Of a DNA stretch of 62,191 nt, positions 17,025 through 28,017 are shown one piece after another. Origin of the DNA: a virus (Duplodnaviria > Caudoviricetes); the IMG/VR virus record IMGVR_UViG_3300032561_000021, positions 1 through 62,191 of that record; one strand, written 5' to 3'. A program made the translations under genes and the position numbers. Below the pieces are notes generated by a model. It was not told where the DNA came from. It worked only from the letters and a program-made list of their open reading frames with translations, and made no database searches. Numbering within the stretch: position 1 is the first letter of the stretch; each line of letters begins with the position of its first letter.

Positions 17025-20000
17025 TGGCAATAAGATCAACACTTAATTTTTTACCAGATACCTTTAAATCGGTAACCAACCAACGCTTCCTTGGCGCAAC
17101 TATAGATCAGTTATTAACTGATGCAGTTAACATTCCGGTTAGTGGATATATTGGTCGAACATTTGCTCCAACATATAAACTAGGCGACAATTATGTTCCT
17201 GAGTTTAGTACTCAGCGTGCCAACTATCAACTTGAGCCAAGTGTTGTGGTTAAAGATAAAAACAACAATGTGGTATTAAACAGTGGATATATTGACCTAC
17301 TACAAAGTATTGCAAACAATGGCGGACTAGTAGATAATCATCAACGTTTATTTACATCTGACTATTATAATTTTGATGGACATTTTGATTACGATAAGTT
17401 TGTAAACTATAACAATTACTACTGGATACCAAATGGCCCGGACTCAGTTGAAGTAACATCCGGCGCAACTCCACTACTGGCAGACTACACAGTTACAAGA
17501 AATACAGCAGTGGGTGGTTTTACATTTAGTACCTATGGCGGACATCCTAATACGCAATTGACATTGGCTCGTGGGGGTACATATAAATTTATAGTTGACC
17601 AACCTGGCTTTAACTTCTGGATTCAAAGTGAAGAAGGCGTTAATGGCGTAGATCCCAACGTGGCAACTATTAATACCAGAGAAGTATATGGTGTTAGTAA
17701 CAACGGCACAGACTCTGGCGTAATACAATTTAATGTTCCGCAATCAAATGCACAAGACTTTTTTGTTAGTATGCCCACTAATGCTACAGTTAGTGCCGCA
17801 GTAACATTTAATTATACTGACATACAAAACGTATTATTAAGTACCTTCCTGAAGAACTTTCCCGAAGGCCTAGATGGCATTACTAATCAATTACAAAATA
17901 AAACATTTATTTTTATTAACAATGCACAAGACGATAGTTTCTGGACAGTGGCCGGCGGCCTAATGCCAGGCGTTGTTCCTACAGCTAACCGCCCGGGCGT
18001 ATGGCAAATTAATTTGGTACCCACAGGATCAGATTATACAATACAAATTCGTCCAACCGTTGGTGTAGCTTCATTACAAAAGATCTTTATTGGATCCGGT
18101 AAAACGTATGCATCAACTCAATTCTGGTTGAATCAAAATAACATATATCAACGTGTGCCATTGATCACAGCTCCTGCTGCTTACTTGTTTTATCAAGATA
18201 GTAGTAATCCAGAATTTGTAGGACAAATCAAATTAGTAGATAACGTATCAACACCAATTGATATTAATAACGACATTCTTGGTAAAACCAATTACACAAG
18301 TCCAAACGGCGTGATATTCACCAATGGACTTAAAGTTCAGTTTGATAGCTTAGTTGTCCCTGGCACCTATGCAGGCAATCAATATTATGTTGATGGTGTT
18401 GGCACTGGTATTGCACTTGCCCCAGTTGATCAATTGATTGTACCTGAATCGTTTGCATCAGAAATCGCAACAACCACAGATTATATAACTATTAATCGCT
18501 CTAGCCAGGATCGTAATGCCTGGAGCCGTAGTAACCGTTGGTTCCATAAAGATGTATTGAATGCCACAGCCGCATACAATAACACTTCAGTCAACTACGG
18601 GCCTAATATGTCCGGCCGTCGTGCTATCATTGAATTTGAACCCAACCTACAGTTATTCAACTTTGGATCACAAGCTAAGAATAGTGTTGATTTAATTACA
18701 TTTGATAGTACAGATGCCTTCGTTCACATTGAGGGACAGCAGTCGTATACGCTTGATGGAATATTGTTGACTCAAGGTATGCGTGTTATTTTTGCAAATG
18801 ACTACGATACCACCGTTGCAAATGAAATTTGGCAAGTTGACATTGAATATATTAATAGTCAATATTTCTTAAGATTAATTGAAACATCGGATGATCCAGT
18901 TATTGCTGGACAATCTGTTTTAATTTCTCAGGGTGCCAACGTTGGTAAAACATTCTGGTTTGATGGAACCAGCTGGCATAGCAGTCAAGAAAAAACAGCG
19001 TTTAACCAAGCACCACTGTTTGATCTAGTAGACAATAACGGATACAGTTTCAGCGACACTACAGTATATCCTAGCAGCACATTTAGTGGAACAACATTCT
19101 TTAGTTATCCAACTGTGGCAACAGGCACCAATGATTCTGTATTGGGCTTTCCTTTACAGTATCAAAACTTTAATAACATTGGCGATATTGTATTTGAAAA
19201 CTCATACGACACTGATACCTTTACTTACGAGTCTGGTGTAAACACCACATCAAAGATTGCATGTAACACAGGATACCTGGTTAAAAATAATGCCAATGGT
19301 GAAACAATCAAGTTGAATAATTGGTTGGTGGGTATTGAGCCAACTGAACAATATCAACTTATAACTAAGTTTTTTGATGGTCGCTCTTTATCTATTGTAC
19401 AAGATACTAGTGCAACATATCCAATTGGATCAATTACTCCAGCTGGTGCTTATGCAGCTATTCAACTTGATGCATTGCCTGTAGATTCTGCAACTATTCC
19501 GCATCTTAAGGTTTATGTAAATAATCAAATACTAGAACCTGGCAACGATTACAATTTAATACCTTATGGTGTTTACAATGTTATAGCATTGATGTCTACA
19601 CCGGCAGTTGGTGATAAAATTGACATTGCAGTATTCGGTGATAGCGTTAGTGCAATTGGGTTTTATCAGATTCCGCAGAACCTCGATCTTAATCCATTAA
19701 ATCAAGTATTCCCGGCAGTTGGTTCAGCGAACTCTGGGATTACACTTGGTCAAATTCGCACACACTATAATAAGTTACTTGAAAATACAACATTTAGTTC
19801 TAGTGCCACTATTCCTTCTCAAGACAGATATTTAAAAGCACAGGGCGGCACGCTACTACAACATAGTAGTCCGGCAATCTATGCAATGACTTTCATGACT
19901 GATCCAGTGGTTAATATCGTTAATGGCCTAACACTGGCAAGAAATGAATATCAGCGTTTTAAGAATAAGTTTTTACACCTGTGTCAAACGCTAAAAGGAT

Positions 20001-23000
20001 TAGATTATAACGATCCAATCTCTGGTGTTGACACAATCATGTCAAGTATTAACTCTGTTAAGAACAGTAGTTTTCCTTGGTATTATAGCGATATGGTACC
20101 ACAAGGTAGTAACTATTCTACAATTAACTATACTGTATTAAATGCTCGTCAGACAAACTACGAAATTAACAGCATCTTTGACACCACTGCGTTGAGCAAT
20201 CGCGCAGTTTTGGTATATCATAATGGCGTTCAATTAATTGGTGATGGCAATGATTATTCTTTTAATCCTGTTAGCCCAGAAGTTATAATTAATATACCGC
20301 TAACATTTGGTGACAAATTAATGATCCGCGATTACTCGGACACTGATGGAAATTATGTTCCTGAGACTCCAATCAAGTTGGGATTAGCACAAGACTACCC
20401 CCCGGCAATATTTACAGATACTACTTACCTAACCCCAGTCACGGCTATTCAAGGACACGATGGTAGTATTACTCCGGCGTTTGGAGACTTCAGAGACGAA
20501 TTCTTATTTGAACTTGAAAAACGTATCTACAACAATAACAAATCTACAGTTGAACGTGGTATTCTAAATCACTACGATGTGATCCCTGGGCGTTTCCGTA
20601 AAACCGATTATAGTTTGCCCGAGTGGACACAATTAATCACGCAGAATTTCTTGGAATGGGTTGGTAGTAACAACATTGATTATACATCAAACGAATCTTA
20701 CAATGAAAACAATCCGTGGACTTGGAACTACGACCAATGGACAGACAGCGTAGATGGTAGTTACTTACAGGGGTCTTGGAGAGCCATTTACAACTACTGG
20801 TTCGACACAGATACCCCACACACTAGTCCATGGAACATGTTGGGATTGACAAAAATACCATCATGGTGGGCAACTCGATATGGTCCTGCACCCTACACAA
20901 GTGGTAATACAACATTGTGGGCTGACTTAGAAGCTGGATATGTATGGAACGGCAGTAACGCTCTAGCATACCACGACGTAAGATTTGCTCGTCCGGGACT
21001 AACCAAGTTTATACCTGTTGATTCTGCCGGTAACCTATTAGATCCAACTGCAATTGGGATTGTTGGTAAACAAAATCCAACATCTGCTAGTAATAGTTTT
21101 CAAGTTGGGGAATATGGTCCTGTAGAAACAGCATGGCGCCGTAGTAGTGATTATCCTTTTGCTATTCAGCAGGCACTGGCATTGGCTCGTCCGGCGCAGT
21201 ATTTTCCTACAATGTTAGACTTGAGTCGCTTTTATAAAAATCCAGTTACCGGACAATTCAGTAATCTAGCTAATCAAAAGATTGCCCCAACATTATTGAC
21301 CGTAAATGGCGATACTATGACCAGTCCTGGCACAGTACTAAGAACATGTGGTTACTTAAACTGGATTGCTGACTATGTTAAGAATCTTGGCATGGATCCT
21401 GTTGCTAAAATTGAAAGTTACTTTAATAACTTTAGTGTACAACTAGCATATAAAGTTGCTGGATTTACAGATCAGAATCTGATTAGCATTACAGCCGAGC
21501 AAACAAGTCCCGGCAGTACCAATTCTAGTATTATTATTCCTACGGAAAATTATGTTGTTTATCTTGGCAAGCCGGTTCCTGTTAAAACTATTTCGTATAG
21601 CGGTGTAGTAGTAACAAAAACCAACAACGGTTATTCTGTGTCTGGATACGATACGTCACACCCATTCTTTAATATTTTACCAAGTGTTGCAAATAATAAT
21701 TCGCAAACAATTACTGTAAATAATTTAACAGCTAAGATATATCAGACAGGTAGTAAAACTCCGTTAACTATTCCATACGGGACTACATTTACTTCGCCAC
21801 AACAGGTAGCAGACTTTTTAATTAGTTATCAACGGTATTTGTCCAGTCAAGGTTTCTTGTTCACAACATTTGACATAGAGTTGCAAACCACACGAGATTG
21901 GATATTGAGTATACGTGAGTTCCTAACCTGGGCACAACAGGGTTGGGCCACTGGCACAATATTGGTATTAAATCCTGTAGTAGATGTGCTAGAAGTTAAT
22001 ACAATTGGGACTGTCATTGATGAAATTACTAATATTCCCAACGGTAGCCGTTTATTAAATACAAACTTTGCACCAATTAAGAGTACTAATTTTAATATTC
22101 TTAGAAGCGATAGCCCTACGGCACCATTGTACAATCAGTTCCAGGTTAGTACACTAGACACTACCGGTATTGCATTTGCAGAGTTGGACTTAATTCAATA
22201 CGAAACTACATTAATATTTGACAATATTGATGACTTTGGCGATATTATTTATATTCCCGAGCAAGGCACACGTCAATTCCGATTAAAACTAAACGGAGTA
22301 AAAACCGGTGGATGGGACGGCGCATTAAGTGCAGCTGGGTATATCTACAGCAATCCAAAAATTGCAAATTGGCAACCTGGCACTGATTACAAGCAAGGCG
22401 ACTTGGTAACCTATAACAATGCAACTTATACAGCACCTATAGATATTGTTGCTAGCCAGAACTTTGCATTAAGCAACTGGACACAAATCAATATTGGTGA
22501 TATTCAAACAGGTTTACTTCCTAGCTTTGGTCACAATGCACAAGTATTTGAAAATATCTATGACGTAGACAGTCCGCCACAAGATAAGAATTTCCAACTA
22601 TTCAGCGCAGGTTTAATTGGCTTCCGCGAACGCCCGTTCTTGAGCAATTTAGGAATTAGCGTCCCAACGCAGACTAAGTTCTACCAGGGATATATTAAAC
22701 AAAAAGGTACAATTGATGCTATCACAGCATTGACTAGTGCAACCTTTGACACGATTGCAGGCAACATCAACGTATACGAAGAATGGGCATTTCAAGTTGG
22801 GCAATACGGATCAGTTAATAGTAACCAATACACAGAATTTGTTTTAGACCAAAGTGTATTTTTAACAAACCCTGTGTCACTCACTGCAACTAATAATTAC
22901 AATACTGGAAACATCATTGTTAATTTAGCAGTAACTGGAAATACCACAACATCAAACGTGTATAATGCTAGTAACATATACAGTACTTCTACCTCATTGT

Positions 23001-26000
23001 ATAACAACAGAGCGAATGTTGCATACTCGTCGGACTTACCTACATCTGGTTACGTAAACTTAGCCGATGTTGATTATCAAATTTTTGATATTTCAACTAT
23101 TACTGCATTACCTGGTATTGTTGATGGTAATAAAATTTGGGTAGCCAAAGATTTTGGCGGCGGTTGGAACGTATATAGAACTAACGCAACACCATTGACT
23201 ACAGCAAACTTGAACTATTCATTAGGATCAACTGCACAATTGGTCTTTAATACTACACATAGTTTAACCCAAAATGAATTCTTTGTAGTACAAGGATTTA
23301 GTAGTGTATATGATGGTTTATATCAAGTTAATAGTATTCCAAATAATACAAGTGTAACAATTACAATACAAAACACCGCAAACATTATTGCGTCGGGTGG
23401 TAGTATATCAAGCACTGGTAATATCTTTACATTGCAATCTATGGTAATATCAAATGACGCATCAATTGGCAATAACCCTCCGCCCAACGGTTGGTTAACT
23501 AATGATCGTCAGTGGGTAAACACAGATACAAATGCTGGCGCAACAGGCTGGGCAGTATATACTTACAATGCTGGTTCAAGTACCTGGTCCCGCACAAGAC
23601 AACAAGCACCTACAGTAGATATCAACAGCATTGGTAGAACATTCATTTACAATAAGTCAAACAATGTTATATTATCTTCTATAGATTATATTGACCATGC
23701 TAAAGGAAAACTATTAAATGCAATTGGTGCGGATATTGATTACCAATTGACTTCCGATCCTGCGTTATATAATGCAGGAACTGGAACAATATATACAGAC
23801 TATCACTGGGGTCCTGATCAAGTTGGTAAAATTTGGTGGGACGTTGATGCAGTTAGATATATTAACTACGAACAAGATCAATTGATTTATAGATTAAACC
23901 AATGGGGCACAACATTCCCGGGCAGTCAGATTGCAGTTTATGAATGGGTACAAAGTCCTGTTCCGCCTAGTGAGTATGTGGCCACTGTTGGCAACGGCGT
24001 TCCGTTGGCCGCAGATGATAGCGCATTTAGTGCCATGGCATTTGTTGACGATACAGGTGCAGTACAAGTTGGGTACTATTTCTGGGTAGCAGGTAAGACA
24101 TCAATCAATACAGCAGCCGGAAAATCAAATAGCGTATACAACATTACTGCTGCAATTATAAATCCACAAGCACAGGGCATACCGTACGCAACAGTATTGC
24201 GCGACGATACCATTGCATTATATAATGTTAATTCTGCATTAACTGGACAAAATAGTGTTCTACACATTGGCGCACGTAACGTTCAATCTGGTGTAGTACA
24301 CAGTGAGTACCAATTGGTACAAGAAGGTAATCCGCACAGTCAAATTCCTGCTGTTATAAAGAGTAAAATCGTTGACAGTATAGTTGGACAAGACGCCGCT
24401 GGTAACGCAGTACCCGATCCAGCGTTAACCCCAGCACAAGCATACGGCATTGGTATTCGTCCTCGTGAAAGTATGTTTATTAACCAGTCGCTGGCACTGA
24501 GTAATTATCTAACATTTGTAAATGGGATTCTCGCAACATATCCAGTAGTTGAACGCAAGTTAATGACTGGGTTAAACAGTGAGCAAGCCATTCCAAATCC
24601 AAGTTCTGGCAGTTATAGCCGAGTAGTTGATACCTATGCCGAATTAGCGTATGTAGATGCAGGCCTGCTAACAATTGGTTATAAAATTTTAGTCAACAGC
24701 GATATTAATAATTTGGGCAAGTGGGCAATTTACGAATTAGCTACAAAGACTACAACCAATTCTGTAACAGTAGGAACATGGTCATTGGTTACAGTACAGA
24801 GTTTTAAGACTAATTTATATTGGACATTCCAAGATTGGTACCAGACTGGATATGATTATACAGTAACACCTGACATCGCGGTGGCCAATTTACTCGAATA
24901 CGGTAAACTAACACCAACAGCAAATACTTACGTTAAAGTACTGAATGCCAGTAACAATCAATTTGTTGTTTACTATGTTGATAGTAATTTAACATCATCT
25001 CTGGTAGGAATTCAGAATGGCACTATTCAAATTGAAACTGCAACAATTCCTCCGGCACTTGAGCTAAGAGAAATACTAACAGCAATAGAACATGACATTT
25101 TTGTTGATGATTTAGCACTAGACTATAACCAATTGTTTTTTACTATGGTTAAGTATGCATTGTCAGAACAAAAGAATCTTGATTGGGTATTTAAAACTAG
25201 TTTCTTAAGTGCAACTCAATACCTACGCCAGTTAGAACAGGTACCTGCGTATGTAGCAGATAACCAACAATACTACTTAGATTATATCAACGAAGTTAAA
25301 CCATACAGAACAACAATCCGTGAATTTGTTGTGGATTATCAAGGCAATGATCAATTCTCCGGAGACACAACCGACTTTGACTTGCCACCATACTGGGATG
25401 CAAACTTAAATGTATATCGTAGTCCAAATGGAGAACAAGCCGGTGATGCAAACTTATTAAGTACAACTAATAGCGTATATAGTCAGTGGTATCAAAACTA
25501 CACATACGATGTCGTTAATGTGATTGTAGAAACACCGGGCGAAGGCTTCTTATTTGCGCCTCAGATAATAATTACCGGTGGCGGCGCAACGGTTAATGCC
25601 ACTGCTTACGCTACACTCAATGGCACAGGCGGCATTGGTAGCATTGTAATTACAGATTCTGGTAAAGGGTACACAACCACTCCGACTATTTTAATCAATG
25701 GCACAGGCACCGGTGCAACTGCATATCCGGTATTGCGTAATGTGTTTGATAATAATAATTCTGGACATAATGTGATCAGAAGTATTGCAACCACGGTGAA
25801 GTTTGACCGTGTTAACTATACTGCGGCCAATACCTTTGTATTCTGGAGTAATATTACAACAGCAAACATAGGACAAACATTAACTGCCAATACTATTATT
25901 GTTAACAATGATATACTATATGTTCTAGCTAATGCTTACACGATTGATGCAAACGTTGATTTCCCGGTTGCTAATGTATCCACAATTAATGCTGGTGCAT

Positions 26001-27325
26001 TTAACAATGCAAACGATCGTATTGTTGCCTACAACGGGTATATCAATTTGGCAACAACACAGTCTGGATTAGAGTATCCGGGTGTGATTGTCGACGGCAA
26101 CACATTTACTAGTAACATATACGATTCTGTTATCCAAAGTTTCTATGGAAATACATTAGGAGTCAATCCTTATGATATTAACATTGATGGCGGATCATAT
26201 GTAAACACTTTTAACAGCCATGCACCTGAAGAATTAGTTCCGGGCCGTATGTTTGATAGTTTAAATTTAACTGTATATGATACATCTGGCTTAGATTATA
26301 GACTATTCAACAATATGACAGGTAACGTACAATCATATAGAATTGCAAAAGCCAATGTAACAACATTGTCCAGCAACCTACACTTAACAGACAGTACAAT
26401 CTCTGTGGTTAATGCTAGTATATTACCGTTGCCAAGTATTGCTCAAAATACTCCAGGTGTAGTGTTTATCAACGGTGAGAAGATTACATACTGGAGAAAC
26501 TACGCACTTGAAACACAAACTCCATGGACTGCAAATGCTGTCATTGCTACTAATACGTTAATTAGCTACAGTGGAAATACCTATATTACAATTGGTAATG
26601 TATACGGTTTGTTGTTTGCTAACATTGCAGCAAATGTGCAACAAGTAAGTATAAACACACTGGCACAAATTCGACGCGGGGTTGATGCAACATATTCGCC
26701 TGCTATCCAATTAGCAACGAGTCGTGTTGTTGATTCAAGTGTACAACAATTAATTCCAAACTCAACGATTATTTCATCTTCTACAACAGGAAATGTCGTT
26801 TATTCAACATCTGCATCTACCGCAGTGAGTTACGGATTAACTTTAAACTTGCCACTGAGTGCCAACTGTGGTGATATTATTACACAAAGAGATATGACTT
26901 CAAATGTAGTGACTGCTACTATGCGTGTACTGGAAACTGTTACAACTGCTAATGTAATTCCGGTTATTATTCTAAGTGGCGCAGTCAATGGACCTGTATT
27001 CTACGACGACGGAATTGGATTTGACGAAGAATTATTTGATAACACGTCTGCATCGGCATTCGTTAACGGGGTACAAACAACCAGCTACATTAAAGGTGTG
27101 TATATGTTAGGCAATCCTGCAAACATAGCAACCCCAGGATTAATAACTACCAGCGGTGCAATAACAGTTCTAGTAAATACAGCAATATCTGTTGGTAACT
27201 GTTGGTACACACCAGGAACCGGCGTTCCTGCAAACGGATTTGGATTAGATGCAAGCACAACCGCACAAGCTACCTTCTTACTAGCTAGTTTAGGATTTGT
27301 TGCAACCCCAGGAACTACACCATGA
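17024..27325 (+). CDS. giant baseplate wedge/virion protein (gp7-like position), 3433 aa
   Basis: Follows gp6. DKFVNYNNYYW and YINEVKPYRT motifs, carbohydrate-binding-like W..G..Y..GD.V.Y modules, G.GY...P repeats. Confidence 0.65.
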   Translation: MAIRSTLNFLPDTFKSVTNQRFLGATIDQLLTDAVNIPVSGYIGRTFAPTYKLGDNYVPEFSTQRANYQLEPSVVVKDKNNNVVLNSGYIDLLQSIANNGGLVDNHQRLFTSDYYNFDGHFDYDKFVNYNNYYWIPNGPDSVEVTSGATPLLADYTVTRNTAVGGFTFSTYGGHPNTQLTLARGGTYKFIVDQPGFNFWIQSEEGVNGVDPNVATINTREVYGVSNNGTDSGVIQFNVPQSNAQDFFVSMPTNATVSAAVTFNYTDIQNVLLSTFLKNFPEGLDGITNQLQNKTFIFINNAQDDSFWTVAGGLMPGVVPTANRPGVWQINLVPTGSDYTIQIRPTVGVASLQKIFIGSGKTYASTQFWLNQNNIYQRVPLITAPAAYLFYQDSSNPEFVGQIKLVDNVSTPIDINNDILGKTNYTSPNGVIFTNGLKVQFDSLVVPGTYAGNQYYVDGVGTGIALAPVDQLIVPESFASEIATTTDYITINRSSQDRNAWSRSNRWFHKDVLNATAAYNNTSVNYGPNMSGRRAIIEFEPNLQLFNFGSQAKNSVDLITFDSTDAFVHIEGQQSYTLDGILLTQGMRVIFANDYDTTVANEIWQVDIEYINSQYFLRLIETSDDPVIAGQSVLISQGANVGKTFWFDGTSWHSSQEKTAFNQAPLFDLVDNNGYSFSDTTVYPSSTFSGTTFFSYPTVATGTNDSVLGFPLQYQNFNNIGDIVFENSYDTDTFTYESGVNTTSKIACNTGYLVKNNANGETIKLNNWLVGIEPTEQYQLITKFFDGRSLSIVQDTSATYPIGSITPAGAYAAIQLDALPVDSATIPHLKVYVNNQILEPGNDYNLIPYGVYNVIALMSTPAVGDKIDIAVFGDSVSAIGFYQIPQNLDLNPLNQVFPAVGSANSGITLGQIRTHYNKLLENTTFSSSATIPSQDRYLKAQGGTLLQHSSPAIYAMTFMTDPVVNIVNGLTLARNEYQRFKNKFLHLCQTLKGLDYNDPISGVDTIMSSINSVKNSSFPWYYSDMVPQGSNYSTINYTVLNARQTNYEINSIFDTTALSNRAVLVYHNGVQLIGDGNDYSFNPVSPEVIINIPLTFGDKLMIRDYSDTDGNYVPETPIKLGLAQDYPPAIFTDTTYLTPVTAIQGHDGSITPAFGDFRDEFLFELEKRIYNNNKSTVERGILNHYDVIPGRFRKTDYSLPEWTQLITQNFLEWVGSNNIDYTSNESYNENNPWTWNYDQWTDSVDGSYLQGSWRAIYNYWFDTDTPHTSPWNMLGLTKIPSWWATRYGPAPYTSGNTTLWADLEAGYVWNGSNALAYHDVRFARPGLTKFIPVDSAGNLLDPTAIGIVGKQNPTSASNSFQVGEYGPVETAWRRSSDYPFAIQQALALARPAQYFPTMLDLSRFYKNPVTGQFSNLANQKIAPTLLTVNGDTMTSPGTVLRTCGYLNWIADYVKNLGMDPVAKIESYFNNFSVQLAYKVAGFTDQNLISITAEQTSPGSTNSSIIIPTENYVVYLGKPVPVKTISYSGVVVTKTNNGYSVSGYDTSHPFFNILPSVANNNSQTITVNNLTAKIYQTGSKTPLTIPYGTTFTSPQQVADFLISYQRYLSSQGFLFTTFDIELQTTRDWILSIREFLTWAQQGWATGTILVLNPVVDVLEVNTIGTVIDEITNIPNGSRLLNTNFAPIKSTNFNILRSDSPTAPLYNQFQVSTLDTTGIAFAELDLIQYETTLIFDNIDDFGDIIYIPEQGTRQFRLKLNGVKTGGWDGALSAAGYIYSNPKIANWQPGTDYKQGDLVTYNNATYTAPIDIVASQNFALSNWTQINIGDIQTGLLPSFGHNAQVFENIYDVDSPPQDKNFQLFSAGLIGFRERPFLSNLGISVPTQTKFYQGYIKQKGTIDAITALTSATFDTIAGNINVYEEWAFQVGQYGSVNSNQYTEFVLDQSVFLTNPVSLTATNNYNTGNIIVNLAVTGNTTTSNVYNASNIYSTSTSLYNNRANVAYSSDLPTSGYVNLADVDYQIFDISTITALPGIVDGNKIWVAKDFGGGWNVYRTNATPLTTANLNYSLGSTAQLVFNTTHSLTQNEFFVVQGFSSVYDGLYQVNSIPNNTSVTITIQNTANIIASGGSISSTGNIFTLQSMVISNDASIGNNPPPNGWLTNDRQWVNTDTNAGATGWAVYTYNAGSSTWSRTRQQAPTVDINSIGRTFIYNKSNNVILSSIDYIDHAKGKLLNAIGADIDYQLTSDPALYNAGTGTIYTDYHWGPDQVGKIWWDVDAVRYINYEQDQLIYRLNQWGTTFPGSQIAVYEWVQSPVPPSEYVATVGNGVPLAADDSAFSAMAFVDDTGAVQVGYYFWVAGKTSINTAAGKSNSVYNITAAIINPQAQGIPYATVLRDDTIALYNVNSALTGQNSVLHIGARNVQSGVVHSEYQLVQEGNPHSQIPAVIKSKIVDSIVGQDAAGNAVPDPALTPAQAYGIGIRPRESMFINQSLALSNYLTFVNGILATYPVVERKLMTGLNSEQAIPNPSSGSYSRVVDTYAELAYVDAGLLTIGYKILVNSDINNLGKWAIYELATKTTTNSVTVGTWSLVTVQSFKTNLYWTFQDWYQTGYDYTVTPDIAVANLLEYGKLTPTANTYVKVLNASNNQFVVYYVDSNLTSSLVGIQNGTIQIETATIPPALELREILTAIEHDIFVDDLALDYNQLFFTMVKYALSEQKNLDWVFKTSFLSATQYLRQLEQVPAYVADNQQYYLDYINEVKPYRTTIREFVVDYQGNDQFSGDTTDFDLPPYWDANLNVYRSPNGEQAGDANLLSTTNSVYSQWYQNYTYDVVNVIVETPGEGFLFAPQIIITGGGATVNATAYATLNGTGGIGSIVITDSGKGYTTTPTILINGTGTGATAYPVLRNVFDNNNSGHNVIRSIATTVKFDRVNYTAANTFVFWSNITTANIGQTLTANTIIVNNDILYVLANAYTIDANVDFPVANVSTINAGAFNNANDRIVAYNGYINLATTQSGLEYPGVIVDGNTFTSNIYDSVIQSFYGNTLGVNPYDINIDGGSYVNTFNSHAPEELVPGRMFDSLNLTVYDTSGLDYRLFNNMTGNVQSYRIAKANVTTLSSNLHLTDSTISVVNASILPLPSIAQNTPGVVFINGEKITYWRNYALETQTPWTANAVIATNTLISYSGNTYITIGNVYGLLFANIAANVQQVSINTLAQIRRGVDATYSPAIQLATSRVVDSSVQQLIPNSTIISSSTTGNVVYSTSASTAVSYGLTLNLPLSANCGDIITQRDMTSNVVTATMRVLETVTTANVIPVIILSGAVNGPVFYDDGIGFDEELFDNTSASAFVNGVQTTSYIKGVYMLGNPANIATPGLITTSGAITVLVNTAISVGNCWYTPGTGVPANGFGLDASTTAQATFLLASLGFVATPGTTP

Positions 27326-27331
27326 TAAATA
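27324..27331 (+). promoter_or_regulatory. late promoter GATAAATA
   Basis: Exact core motif upstream of a GAGG RBS and GTG 27367. Confidence 0.55.
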
Positions 27332-27366
27332 CTGATAACAACCAAACAAAATTAGAGGAAAACGCA

Positions 27367-28011
27367 GTGGAAAATAAACAAAAACGCCCAGATGAACAGT
27401 CTGGAATCTATGTACGTGGTCATATTAAGATTTTTGACCCAGTATCAAAGGAAGTCTTCATTGACAAACCTAATGCTATCCACTACGAAAACTTTAGTGT
27501 TGCTTTGGCTAGTGCCATTGCAGATAAAGGACAAAACTTTATCTATGAAATGGACTTTGGCAATGGCGGTACAAGTGTTGACCCTACTGGGATTATTACT
27601 TACTTGCCTACTAATACTGTGGGTCAAAATGCCAACTTATATAATCCTACTTATAGTAAGATTGTTGATGATACAGCTATTGCTAACCCAGATCCAGTTA
27701 ATAATAAAATGACTGTTACGCATATTCCTGGCACAGTTTATACAGACATCTTGGTTAGTTGTTTATTAGATTACGGCGAACCAAACGGCCAAGCAAACTT
27801 TGACAACAGTCAAAATTTAAACGGTGAATTTGTGTTTGACGAATTGGGTCTACGTGGTCGTAGTGTAGATGGCACAAGCGGTTTAACTTCAACTGGGTTA
27901 CTATTAACTCATGTTGTATTCATGCCAGTACAAAAATCCCTAAACAGATTAATTCAAATTGACTATACCGTGCGAGTTCAAACATTAACTAATTTAAGCT
28001 CACAAGGATAA
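27367..28011 (+). CDS. virion/baseplate structural protein
   Basis: FVFDELGL...LLTHVVFMPVQKSLNRLIQIDYTVR resembles baseplate/fibre-attachment domains. GTG 27367 with GAGG RBS preferred over ATG 27322, which overlaps the promoter. Confidence 0.6.
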   Translation: MENKQKRPDEQSGIYVRGHIKIFDPVSKEVFIDKPNAIHYENFSVALASAIADKGQNFIYEMDFGNGGTSVDPTGIITYLPTNTVGQNANLYNPTYSKIVDDTAIANPDPVNNKMTVTHIPGTVYTDILVSCLLDYGEPNGQANFDNSQNLNGEFVFDELGLRGRSVDGTSGLTSTGLLLTHVVFMPVQKSLNRLIQIDYTVRVQTLTNLSSQG

Positions 28012-28017
28012 TAGACA

